Below the pieces are notes generated by a model. The model did not search any database. It worked only from the letters and a program-made list of their open reading frames with translations, and was not told where the DNA came from. From positions 64,001-128,000 of the forward strand of contig JBGSVZ010000085.1 in assembly GCA_041752695.1 (NCBI GenBank): a stretch of DNA of 64,000 bases, in the 5' to 3' direction. The translations under genes were made by a program, and so were the position numbers. This stretch comes from Terrimicrobiaceae bacterium. Its GTDB lineage: Bacteria > Verrucomicrobiota > Verrucomicrobiia > Chthoniobacterales > Terrimicrobiaceae. Shown in pieces: positions 10,703-20,379 of the stretch; positions within the stretch are counted from its first letter, which is position 1, and the number at the start of each line of letters is the position of its first letter.

Positions 10703-11757
10703 GATTGGTAAAAAGGTTTTTTCACGACCACTGCGCGGTATCGGCGGTCACGGACTTCAATCTCCAAAGCCTGCCCAACCTTGGCAAGCGCGAACGGGAG
10801 GTAGGCCATCGCAATCCCGTAACCGAGACTGGGACTCAACGCCCCGCTGGAGGTTTCGGCGACTTTTTCCCCGTCGGCCACCACCGCATAATGCGGGCGG
10901 ATCGGAGGGGATTTTTCCTCGACCTTGATGGCAACCAGGCGATACGGGAGCCCCGCGGCTTTCTGGGCAAGGAGGGCGTCGCGGCCGACAAAATCGCCCT
11001 TCTCAAAATCGACAAAAAATCCCAGTCCCGCCTCCAGCGGCGTGCGGTCGGCGGCCAGATCCGAGCCGTTGAGGGGATAACACATTTCCAGCCGCAGCGT
11101 GTCGCGCGCCCCGAGTCCGCAGGGTTTTGCCCCGGCCGAAATCACTTCGTCCCAACAGCGTTCGGCATCGGCCGCGGGCACGACGAGTTCGAATCCGTCT
11201 TCGCCGGTATATCCGGTGGTGACCGCAAAAGCCTCGCCCAGGGTCAGCACGCGATTGCGGTCGACGGGCATCGCCTGACCGGTGATCTTGTGAAAAACCT
11301 CCGCGGCTTTCGGACCCTGCACGGCCAGCGCGGCGTAGTCCGCACTGCGGTTGAGGAACTCGACCCCTTCGACCGCATGGGCCTGGAGCCAGGCGGCGTC
11401 TTCGTCGATCTTGGAGGCATTGACCACCAGGAGAAAGGAATCGTCCCCGAGGCGGTAAACAATCAGATCGTCGATCACTCCCCCTCGCTCGTTGAGCATG
11501 AGGGAATATTGCGCCTCGCCGACGGCCAGTCGGGCCACGCGGTTGGTGAGAAGAGAGTCGAGCCAGTCTGAGGCCTTCGCCCCGCGCACGAAAAATTCTC
11601 CCATGTGGGAAATATCAAAAACGCCGCAGCTTTCCCGCACCTCGCGGTGTTCGTCGAGAATGCCGGTATATTGCACGGGCATTTCCCATCCGGCGAAATC
11701 GACCAGGCGTCCGCCGGCGGCAATATGTCGGTCGAAAAGGGGCGTACGCTGGCTCAT
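10699..11757 (-). CDS. gcvT: Aminomethyltransferase, T protein
   Basis: FAGWEMPVQY, FDISHMG, TGYTGEDGFE, GLGARDTLRLE. Confidence 0.98.
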   Translation of the reverse strand: MSQRTPLFDRHIAAGGRLVDFAGWEMPVQYTGILDEHREVRESCGVFDISHMGEFFVRGAKASDWLDSLLTNRVARLAVGEAQYSLMLNERGGVIDDLIVYRLGDDSFLLVVNASKIDEDAAWLQAHAVEGVEFLNRSADYAALAVQGPKAAEVFHKITGQAMPVDRNRVLTLGEAFAVTTGYTGEDGFELVVPAADAERCWDEVISAGAKPCGLGARDTLRLEMCYPLNGSDLAADRTPLEAGLGFFVDFEKGDFVGRDALLAQKAAGLPYRLVAIKVEEKSPPIRPHYAVVADGEKVAETSSGALSPSLGYGIAMAYLPFALAKVGQALEIEVRDRRYRAVVVKKPFYQS

Positions 11758-13677
11758 TCTTTTTTCTGATCGTCGAAGTTCAGGTAGGTATACGCCTTGA
11801 GATCGTTTTCATACGCATCAAGAAGTCGCATGCCTTCCTTGGGCTTGAGGCGGTCGCTTTTGATGGCGGCGTCGATCTGCGTTTTCATCCGGCGGGCCAG
11901 TTCGTTGGTGTCCCACTGGGTGAGCGAAAGCACCTGGGCGATGGTGCTGCCGGGCAGGACCTCTTCGACGTAGTAGCCGCAATCCTCATCGTCATCGAGG
12001 TAGATATGCATCTCGTTCACCCGGCCGAAAAGATTGTGCATATCACCCATGATATCCTGGTAGGCACCCACCAGGAAAAATCCCATGTAATAAGGCGAGC
12101 CCGGCTGCCAGCGGTGCATGGGCAGCGTTTCCTTCACGTCCTGAAGGTCCACAAATTTCGCCACCTTGCCGTCGGAATCGCAGGTGATGTCGACCATCAT
12201 GGCATTGCGGTCGGGCTGTTCGTTCAGCCGGTGAATCGGCATGACGGGGAACAACTGTCCCAGCGCCCAATGGTCGAGCAGGGACTGGAAGACGGAAAAA
12301 TTGCAAAGAAACTGGTCGGCGAGCGCGACTTCCATTTCCTTCACTTCCTCAGGCACGTACCGCATGCCCTGGAACATGACGACCACCTGCTCGGCGATCT
12401 CCCAATAGACGGTATCGATGCGCGCCTTGGCGCGCAGGTCAAGCAGGCCAAGGTCAAACATGGCCTGCGAGCGCTCGCGGATTTCCTGCGCGTCGTGCAG
12501 GCTTTCCAAACGGTTCTTTTTGCCGATGTTTTCGGAAAGCTCCACGATGTCTTTGACGATCTGCGGTTCGTCCGGGGAAAGTTCCACCGGCGGACGCTCG
12601 GGGTGTTTTTCGATCGACCCAAAGGCCTCGACGATGAGCACGGAATGATGCGCGACAATGGCGCGACCGCTTTCACTCACGATGGTCGGATGCGGCACCT
12701 GTTCGGCGTCGCAGACCTCCATAATGCTGTACACGATGTCGCGGGCGTATTCGTTCAGCGAATAGTTCGTTGAACTGTCGAACGTCGTGCGCGAGCCGTC
12801 GTAATCGACCCCCAGCCCCCCCGCCGACGTCGATGTACCCGAGGGCATGGCCCATTTTCTGCAGCTTCGAATAAAACCGCGCGGCCTCCTTGGTGGCGCG
12901 TTTGATGGTGCCGATGTCGGGCACCTGGGAACCGACATGAAAATGCACCAACTTGAGGGCATGGGAGAGGCCGGATTTTGTCAGCAGATCACTGGCTTCC
13001 ACGAGCTCCGCGGTAGAAAGGCCGAACTTCGCATTCTCGCCCCCGCTGGTGGCCCATTTCCCCGCCCCCTTCGAGAGCAGACGCACGCGCAGGCCAATGT
13101 AGGGCTCAATCTGCAGGTCCTCGGCGACCTTGAGGATATGGGTGAGTTCTTCCAGCTTCTCGACCACGAGAATGACGGTCTTGCCAAGCTTGCGGCCGAG
13201 GAGCGCGGTGCGGATGAACGCGGTGTCCTTGTAACCATTGCAAATAATCAGGCTCTCCGGATCGGTGTGAACCGCCAGGGCCGCCATCATTTCCGGTTTA
13301 CTGCCCGCCTCGATGCCGAAATGCCACGGTTTGCCCGCATCAATGATCTCCTCCACCACCTCGCGAAGCTGATTCACCTTGATGGGAAACACGCCGCGGT
13401 AGGAATTGCGGTAGCCCATTTCCTCGATCGCGCTGGCGAAGGCCTTGTTGATCGTCTCCACGCGGTCGCGCAGCAAATCGTGGAACCGCACAGTGAGCGG
13501 GAATTCCAGATTCCGGTCCTGGGCCTCGCGCACAATATCCATCAGGTCGATCTTCTGAGAGTTCGATTGATTGGGCAGCACGGCGACATGCCCGCGCTTG
13601 TTGATCGTAAAATACCCGCCGCCCCAGCGGTCAACATTATAAAGGGCGATGGCGTCTTCTCTGCCGAAATCTGACAT
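11754..13677 (-). pseudogene. speA: Biosynthetic arginine decarboxylase, split by a +1 frameshift in a G7 run (12816-12822); real or sequencing error
   Basis: N-part has VFPIKVNQ, EAGSKPE, HFHVGSQ; C-part has GGGLGVDYDGS, ESGRA, DITCDSDG, GAYQDIMGDMHNLFG; deleting one G gives 640 aa with intact DVGGGLGVDY. Confidence 0.93.
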
Positions 13678-13818
13678 TGTCGGGCGGAATTAACAGCCCC
13701 CCGCCGGAAAATCCACCACGCATTTCGCCCATGGAGGATTTTTTTCACGAGGTATTGAAATCCGGCCGCCTGCATTCAGAATACCGCCCCTTATGGAGTC
13801 CGAAGGACCTGGTCGAAT

Positions 13819-15171
13819 ATGATGCTCTTGGAACTGGGATGGCAAATGCTTGTCATCCTGCTGCTAGTGGTTGGCAACGGCTTTTTTGTCGCCGCGGAAT
13901 TCGCCATCGTCAAAATCCGCGCCAGCCAGCTCAAGCCCCTGCTCAAAACCGGTGATTGGCGCGTCCCCATGGCCCTGCGCGCGGTCAACAACCTCGACGC
14001 CTGCCTCTCGGCCACCCAGCTCGGTATCACTCTCTGCAGCCTCGGTCTCGGCTGGCTGGGCGAACCCTTCCTTGCCCACTGGCTGGAACCCATCCTGCAG
14101 AACTGGGGGGTGGAAAGCGAACGCCTCCGCCACTCGATCACCTTTGGCCTGGCGTTTTCGGTCATCACCTTCCTGCACATTGTTTTCGGCGAACTCGCCC
14201 CGAAATCCCTCGCCATCCAGCGTCCGCGCGGGGTTTCACTCTGGGTTTCAGCCCCGCTGCTGGTGTTCTATTTTGTCTTTTTTCCCTTCATTTACGTCCT
14301 CAACGGCACGGCCAATTTTTTCCTGCGTCTGGCCGGCCTGGAACCCGCCTCCGAAAGCGAACACGTATTTTCCCAGGAGGAATTGGAATACGTCCTTAGT
14401 CGCGCCCGCCATGTCCATCGCAGTGACGCCCTGATCAACAAAATCATGGTCCGCTCCCTGCGTTTGCGCGACGTCACGGCCCAGCAGGTCATGCTGCCCC
14501 GCGATACCGTCGCCGCGCTCTGGGCCGACCGCAGCGTGGCCGAGAATCTTAAACTCGCCCAAAGCAGTGGCCACAGCCGCTTTCCGGTTTGCGAGGGTTC
14601 GCTCGACAACGTGCTCGGCATGGTGCTCGTCAAAGAATGGCTCTGGCAGGTGCAGGCGCTTGGGCCGGACTGCTCGTTTCAACCCATCATCCGCCCCGTA
14701 CTTACCTTCCTCCTAAAAACCCCGCTGGCTTCGATGATCGAGCTTTTCCGCTCCTCCCGCAGCCATCTCGCCGTCGTGCTCGACGACAACGGCGCCCTCG
14801 CCGGCATCCTCACCCTTGAGGACGTGCTGGAGGAAATCGTCGGCGAGATCCGCGATGAACTGGACATCGAAAAAGGGCCAATCTTCGAACACACGGAAAA
14901 TTCCATCCTGGTGGACGCCAGCCTCTCCGTGCGCGAACTCCGCACCGAGACCGGCTGGAATTTTGAATATCAGCCCAAGGAAACGATCGACCGCTGGGTG
15001 CAGCGCAATGCCGAGGCCCTCCCCGCCCAGGGCGAGACCATCCGCATCGGCGAGTATACCGTGACCATCGCCCAGCGCCACGCCCATGGACTGCGCCGCG
15101 TCCGCATCACTCTCCTCTCCCCCGAAGAACTCGAAGCCCTCGAGGCTGAAGAGGAAGAGAAGGAGGAATAA
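13819..15171 (+). CDS. Hemolysin/CNNM family (DUF21 + CBS + CorC) membrane protein
   Basis: NGFFVAAEFA, TQLGIT, GELAPKSLA, HSRFPV, TLEDVLEEIVGEIRDE. Confidence 0.92.
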   Translation: MMLLELGWQMLVILLLVVGNGFFVAAEFAIVKIRASQLKPLLKTGDWRVPMALRAVNNLDACLSATQLGITLCSLGLGWLGEPFLAHWLEPILQNWGVESERLRHSITFGLAFSVITFLHIVFGELAPKSLAIQRPRGVSLWVSAPLLVFYFVFFPFIYVLNGTANFFLRLAGLEPASESEHVFSQEELEYVLSRARHVHRSDALINKIMVRSLRLRDVTAQQVMLPRDTVAALWADRSVAENLKLAQSSGHSRFPVCEGSLDNVLGMVLVKEWLWQVQALGPDCSFQPIIRPVLTFLLKTPLASMIELFRSSRSHLAVVLDDNGALAGILTLEDVLEEIVGEIRDELDIEKGPIFEHTENSILVDASLSVRELRTETGWNFEYQPKETIDRWVQRNAEALPAQGETIRIGEYTVTIAQRHAHGLRRVRITLLSPEELEALEAEEEEKEE

Positions 15172-15310
15172 ATATCTGGGCTGTTGCCCGGGGGGGCGAA
15201 GTTTCTCCTCACCGTCGATTCGTCGACTTTTTTGCCGTTTCATCGAGTTTGAGACATCCGAGCGATGCGGCATGGTAGTCTCCGGCTCTGCTGCCAACGC
15301 CTTCCATACG

Positions 15311-17515
15311 ATGATCAAGCTCCTCGCAGGCTTTTGTCTGGCTCTGTCGCCATGGGCGCTCGCCTCCCCGGAATCGACGCTCTCGTTGACCATCGAAGCC
15401 CTTCCCTCCCAGCAAGCCGTGCTCGTCAGCTGGCCGACAACGATCGGCGTGTTGTATCAACCCCAGTCCACCTCCGATCTGGCCTCCGGAGAATGGACGG
15501 ATCTGACCCCGGTCTTGGGCGATGGAACACCCAAATCCGTTCAAGTGCCCATCGCGGGCAACGCGACCTATGTCCGCGTCAAATACGGCGGGACGGAAAC
15601 CGCCGTGACGCCGCTCTTCGATGCCTCCACGGTGCGTGAGCCCGACATCAAAGTGGAAACATCGTCCGCCCTGATCACCCATCTGGCTGATCGCGCGCGG
15701 GACCGGCATGCCCGCGAAGACATCGTTGGCGGGGTGATTTTTCGGAAATACGATCACTACCTCACCTGGTATTGGGAACAACGGGTGGCTAATATTGAGA
15801 TCATCGATCGGATCGCCAAAGGGGGATCGACCATTACCTTCAACTACACGACCCAGGCCGCGTTGAATCCGGCGGAGTTCCGCGCCTTCTTTCGCGTGGA
15901 CTCGCCACTTTCCGGGTATCACCACAATGTCCAGGCGACTTTGGTTTCCACGCATCCTTCCATCCGCTACCCCGGCGAAACGGATTACAATTACACGACC
16001 ACACTTTCCACCCAGCAACCGGAAAATCGTCCCTTGCGTTTGGGTGACCGGATTGAGATTGAGATCAGCCAGTTTTTGCTGGGATCCACCTTGCGCAATG
16101 GCCGTGAAAATTATTATGGCACCACCTTTCTCTACATGGTCGGGGAAGGAGTGGTGCCGTGGTATGCCAAAATCCGCGAGGAATTAACGGATCCCGTTGC
16201 ACGAGCGGCCGCTTCGTTTGATTCGTCTCCTTTGCCGCGGACAGCCTGGCTTGGAGGGCTCACCACCCTGCCCTATCAATACTCCAACGAACCACAGCAC
16301 CGCTTCAAACAAACGGCCGGCAACATCTCGCCGGAGAGCGGGCATCCCTTCATGCTGGGACGCAGATTGCATAACACGGATTTCCGCACCGGCGGCCACG
16401 TCGAACCGGGCAATCCGGTGATGCCCGAGCATGCCGGCAAAGTCGGTCCGAAGTATGTGGCGCAGAGTTGTGTGAGCTGTCATGGGAACAACGGCCGCGC
16501 CCTCCCGCCGAACGTCGGGGAAACTTTGCTAAGATCCGTGGTCAAGGTGGGCATTGATCCTAACGGCACACCGCATCCCACCCTCGGCGAAGAATTGCAG
16601 CCCTTCGCCACCAGCGGTCTGGCCGAAGGGACCGCCGTCCTTTCCAGTTACGAATATACCTCCGGCACGTATGCCGACGGCACCGTGTATTCCCTGCGAA
16701 AACCTCGTTATGGGTTTCAAGGAACGACGCCCCCGTACTTTTCCGTCCGCATGGCCCCGGCCCTGGTCGGACTGGGTTTGCTGGAAGCGATTCCGGAAGC
16801 CTCGATTCAAACCCTGGCCGATCCCAATGATACAGACGGGGACGGCATTTCCGGGCGAATCGCTAGCATCGAGGATCCGACGGACCCAAACATCCGGCGT
16901 CTCGGGCGATTTGGATACAAAGGGTCGCAGGCCATGGTGAACCACCAGATCGCCTATGCCCTCAACCGGGACATGGGCGTAAGCAGCGCGCTTTTCCCCA
17001 CCCTGGATGGCGACAGCTCTTCCCAAGCACCAGAAGTTACGCAGACGGAATTGGCACAGATGAATCGTTATGTCAGCTTGCTTGGGGTCGGGGCGAAACG
17101 CGACTTGACCGATCCGGACGTGGTGCGCGGCGAGGCGCTCTTCGAGACGGCGTCCTGTGTGAAATGTCACACGCCCACGCTCCAGACCGGTCCGCATCAC
17201 CCTTTCGGCGAACTTCGCAACCAAACCATCCGGCCCTACACGGATCTGTTGCTGCACGATCTGGGGCCGGGTCTGGCCGACACCATGGGCGAAGAGGGGG
17301 TTTCCGGCGCGGAATGGCGCACCGCACCGCTCTGGAACATCGGCCTCACCGCCGGAGTCAGCGGCGGGGAAGCCTACCTGCACGACGGACGCGCCCGCAC
17401 TTTGGAAGAGGCAATCCTCTGGCACGGCGGTGAAGCGGAGCAAGCGAAGGAAAACTTCCGGACCATGCCCGCCGCCGACCGCGCGGCCATTGTTAAATTC
17501 CTCAAGGCGCTCTGA
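15311..17515 (+). CDS. Exported di-heme oxidoreductase (DHOR)-family protein
   Basis: Signal peptide MIKLLAGFCLALSPWALA; CVSCH and CVKCH heme motifs; GLGLLEAIP, DGDGISGR, GRFGYK, PYTDLLLHDLG, EWRTAPLW, YLHDGRART. Confidence 0.9.
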   Translation: MIKLLAGFCLALSPWALASPESTLSLTIEALPSQQAVLVSWPTTIGVLYQPQSTSDLASGEWTDLTPVLGDGTPKSVQVPIAGNATYVRVKYGGTETAVTPLFDASTVREPDIKVETSSALITHLADRARDRHAREDIVGGVIFRKYDHYLTWYWEQRVANIEIIDRIAKGGSTITFNYTTQAALNPAEFRAFFRVDSPLSGYHHNVQATLVSTHPSIRYPGETDYNYTTTLSTQQPENRPLRLGDRIEIEISQFLLGSTLRNGRENYYGTTFLYMVGEGVVPWYAKIREELTDPVARAAASFDSSPLPRTAWLGGLTTLPYQYSNEPQHRFKQTAGNISPESGHPFMLGRRLHNTDFRTGGHVEPGNPVMPEHAGKVGPKYVAQSCVSCHGNNGRALPPNVGETLLRSVVKVGIDPNGTPHPTLGEELQPFATSGLAEGTAVLSSYEYTSGTYADGTVYSLRKPRYGFQGTTPPYFSVRMAPALVGLGLLEAIPEASIQTLADPNDTDGDGISGRIASIEDPTDPNIRRLGRFGYKGSQAMVNHQIAYALNRDMGVSSALFPTLDGDSSSQAPEVTQTELAQMNRYVSLLGVGAKRDLTDPDVVRGEALFETASCVKCHTPTLQTGPHHPFGELRNQTIRPYTDLLLHDLGPGLADTMGEEGVSGAEWRTAPLWNIGLTAGVSGGEAYLHDGRARTLEEAILWHGGEAEQAKENFRTMPAADRAAIVKFLKAL

Positions 17516-17530
17516 ACCGGAAAAATACCG

Positions 17531-17570
17531 AAGAATTTAACCGCGGATTGCGCAGATGGGCGCGGATAAA
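17531..17570 (-). repeat. ATCCG-core 9-nt-periodic arm
   Basis: Reverse complement tttatccgcgcccatctgcgcaatccgcggttaaattctt; related to the 7397 and 34503 arms. Confidence 0.8.
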
Positions 17571-17592
17571 GGCAGAGGCAAGAATGCTTTGA

Positions 17593-17692
17593 TGGAGGGC
17601 GGCAGGCTCTTGCCGCCCGGGTTGCGTGAACCCGAGCGCATGCGAAGTGCTGAGTCCCGCGCATGCGGTACGAATCAACCCGCAACCCTCCA
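17593..17692. repeat. TGGAGGG-type REP-like doublet with a degenerate right arm
   Basis: tggagggcggcaggctcttgccgccc hairpin, closed by ccctcca at 17686-17692. Confidence 0.6.
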
Positions 17693-17713
17693 GATTGCGA
17701 GTTTTCGGACGGC

Positions 17714-17920
17714 CTACTTCTTACTCCCTGCTTTTCTGTAAACACCGACGGACCGGTCTCCGCTCGCCGTCCTGGCTGATGAAGAATTTTCCGCCACGCC
17801 GACGGAGCTGCCAAAAATATCGTCGTAGTCGCAGCGCAGGGCCTTGAGGATCTGCTGCACCGCGCGAAGGGTGGCGCTTTGCTGGCCATTCTCGATGCGG
17901 TGCAGCGTCGACTCGCCCAG
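17714..17920 (-). pseudogene. 5'-truncated XRE-family HTH regulator remnant
   Basis: Reads LGESTLHRIENGQQSATLRAVQQILKALRCDYDDIF...stop; in-frame TAA at 17927-17929; first helices missing. Confidence 0.7.
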
Positions 17921-18188
17921 GAGCCTTTACAAGTTCGCTTTGATGCCGCGACGGCGACCTTTAAAGGTCTCGACTGGAGTTTCTCTTGGACGCAATTGAT
18001 GTTCCGACCGGAGGAGTGCATGGAAAAGTTTGGCGTTCCATCCACTCTGAGTGGAGGACCACGATAGAGCGAAGCGACCGGAGCAAGCCCCCCATTTCGC
18101 GGTAAAAGAACTTTTGTTCCGCAAATATCGAGATCGAACATGCCAGGCCGGCGTTTGCATGCGCTCGCAGGATATGGTAACCGGGGGC

Positions 18189-20315
18189 ATGTTCCGTTGG
18201 CTTTTGCTACCCCTTCTTGTCCTGACCGTCCACGCGCAGGAATACGAGGGCAAGACGTTGGTCAAACCCTCCCTCTTGGCCAACACTTCGGCCATCGTGC
18301 CGGGCAAACCCTTCGAGGTCGGCGTTCTACTGGAAATGTCCCCTGGCTGGCACACCTACTGGGAATACGGCGGCGACGCCGGTTTTCCCACGACGATCGC
18401 CTGGACGCTGCCGGAGGGGTTTGCGGCCGGCCCCATCCAATGGCCCCTGCCCAAGCGGATCCTGGAGCCCGGCGACATCGAGGTCTATGCCTACAAGGGG
18501 AAGGTCCTGCTCCTCACCACCATCGTGGCGCCCGCGGATCTCGCTGAGAAATCGATCACCCTCCGGGCCAAGGCCGACTGGCTCGTTTGCGAGGCCATCT
18601 GCGTGCCAGGCTCCGCCGAGCTGGAACTCACCTTCCCCGTCGCCCCATCGGCCACTCCTGCGAACGAGGAACTTTTCACCACGTTCCGCGCCCAACTTCC
18701 CAGCACCGAACCGCCGCCGTTCGGCGTCGCTTGGAAAGCTGGCCCCGCACAATCCACGCTCAACCTCACGGGTCTCGCAGATGTCACCGCCGTGGACCTT
18801 TTTCCCCTGCCCGCCGAGGGTCAGCAAGTCGGACACCCCGGCAGCGGCGCCCCCTCCCCCGGCGCGACTCCGGCGGTAGCGTCCGCCGCCGGCACCGTCA
18901 TGCCCGGCATCCCGGTCTCCGCCAACGGCGCAGCCTCCATCACCATCCCTGCGGAAGGCGAAATTCGGGGCGTCCTCGTCGCCGACACCGCCGAGGGCCG
19001 CAAAGGGTGGTTCGTTTCTTCCGGCGGCCCCGCTCCTTCGAGCCAATCAACAATCAAAAATCAACAATCAACAATTCCCCTCTGGAAAGCCCTGCTCTTC
19101 GGTTTCCTCGGCGGCCTTATTCTCAACCTGATGCCCTGCGTGCTGCCGGTGATTTCGCTGAAAATATTCGGCTTCATCCGGCAGGCAGGGGATCGGCCTG
19201 AAAAGATCCTGCGGCACGGACTGGCCTTCGTCGGGGGGGTCTTCGCGTTTTTTCTGGGGCTGGCCCTGGTGATCATTGCGTTGAAGGCAGGCGGCAGCGA
19301 GGTGACCTGGGCGTTCCAATTTCAAAATCCATGGTTCAACGTCGTGCTGGGCAGCCTGGTCTTTGCCTTCGCGCTGAATCTTTTTGGCGTCTTTGAAATT
19401 GTCCTGCCCGGCCAGGCTTCGAACGCGCTTTCGGAGGCGTCTTCGAAAGAGGGGTACGTCGGCTCGTTTTCCCAAGGCGTCTTCGCGACGCTCCTGGCCA
19501 CCCCCTGCACGGCACCATTTTTAGGAACGGCCCTGGGTTTTGCTTTCAGTCAGTCGGCGGCGATCATTCTGCTCATCTTCGCTTCCGTGGCCCTGGGAAT
19601 GAGCGCGCCGTATTTCCTCCTTTCCGCGCAGCCGGGCTGGATGAAGATCCTGCCCAAGCCCGGGGCTTGGATGGAGCGGCTCAAACAATTCATGGGGTTC
19701 CCGCTGATCGCGACGCTGCTCTGGATGCTTTATATTCTCGGCAATCAAAAGGGGCTCGAGGGCGTGTTGTGGTTCGGGTGTTTCCTGCTTTGTGTGGCTC
19801 TGGCCTGCTGGATTTACGGCGCGTTCTGCGGTCCGATTTCCAAACCGGCGACACGGGCGGCCAGTCTGGCAATCGCCGCACTCGTGCTGGCGGGTGGCGG
19901 CGCGTATTTCCTGGGGGTAAAATTCACCGGTGCCCAACGCGCCACCGCGTCATCCGTCGAAACCGGAGGCATCGCGTGGGTGGACTTTTCGCAGAAGGCG
20001 CTCGACGAGCTGCTGGCCAGGGGGCAGCCGGTTTTTGTGGATTTCACGGCGGACTGGTGCCTTTCCTGCAAATACAACGAACGCACCGCCATCGACGTGC
20101 CGACTGTGCGCGAGGCCTTCCAGACGAAGGACATCGTCCCGATGAAAGCGGACTGGACCAATGCCAATCCCGAGATTACGGCGGTCTTGAAAAAATTCGG
20201 CCGCGTAGGAGTGCCTTTTTACGTGCTGTATCCGGCGAACGGCGGTGAACCCATCGTGCTACCGGAACTCCTGACCCAGCAGATCGTCTTGGACGCTCTG
20301 GCAAAGGCCCGGTGA
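18189..20315 (+). CDS. dsbD: Protein-disulfide reductase DsbD family (N-domain + TM + thioredoxin)
   Basis: GWHTYW and CEAIC in the N-domain; LNLMPCVLP and ATPCTAP membrane cysteines; FTADWCLSCK thioredoxin. Confidence 0.88.
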   Translation: MFRWLLLPLLVLTVHAQEYEGKTLVKPSLLANTSAIVPGKPFEVGVLLEMSPGWHTYWEYGGDAGFPTTIAWTLPEGFAAGPIQWPLPKRILEPGDIEVYAYKGKVLLLTTIVAPADLAEKSITLRAKADWLVCEAICVPGSAELELTFPVAPSATPANEELFTTFRAQLPSTEPPPFGVAWKAGPAQSTLNLTGLADVTAVDLFPLPAEGQQVGHPGSGAPSPGATPAVASAAGTVMPGIPVSANGAASITIPAEGEIRGVLVADTAEGRKGWFVSSGGPAPSSQSTIKNQQSTIPLWKALLFGFLGGLILNLMPCVLPVISLKIFGFIRQAGDRPEKILRHGLAFVGGVFAFFLGLALVIIALKAGGSEVTWAFQFQNPWFNVVLGSLVFAFALNLFGVFEIVLPGQASNALSEASSKEGYVGSFSQGVFATLLATPCTAPFLGTALGFAFSQSAAIILLIFASVALGMSAPYFLLSAQPGWMKILPKPGAWMERLKQFMGFPLIATLLWMLYILGNQKGLEGVLWFGCFLLCVALACWIYGAFCGPISKPATRAASLAIAALVLAGGGAYFLGVKFTGAQRATASSVETGGIAWVDFSQKALDELLARGQPVFVDFTADWCLSCKYNERTAIDVPTVREAFQTKDIVPMKADWTNANPEITAVLKKFGRVGVPFYVLYPANGGEPIVLPELLTQQIVLDALAKAR
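19045..19075 (+). repeat. Heptamer tandem repeat (AATCAAM)x4 inside the dsbD linker
   Basis: aatcaac aatcaaa aatcaac aatcaac aat, encoding QSTIKNQQSTI. Confidence 0.9.
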
Positions 20316-20379
20316 CGGTCCGGCAAACCAGACGAAAACCGATCTCTTTTTCCGCTTCCTTCCAGTCAACCCCTGACGG

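Noticed and set aside
11758..11900. Glycine riboswitch upstream of gcvT
   Set aside because: The region is speA coding sequence and I see no aptamer motifs
17879..18067. 62-aa + strand ORF in the intergenic scar
   Set aside because: Overlaps the XRE remnant in antisense and has no recognisable motif
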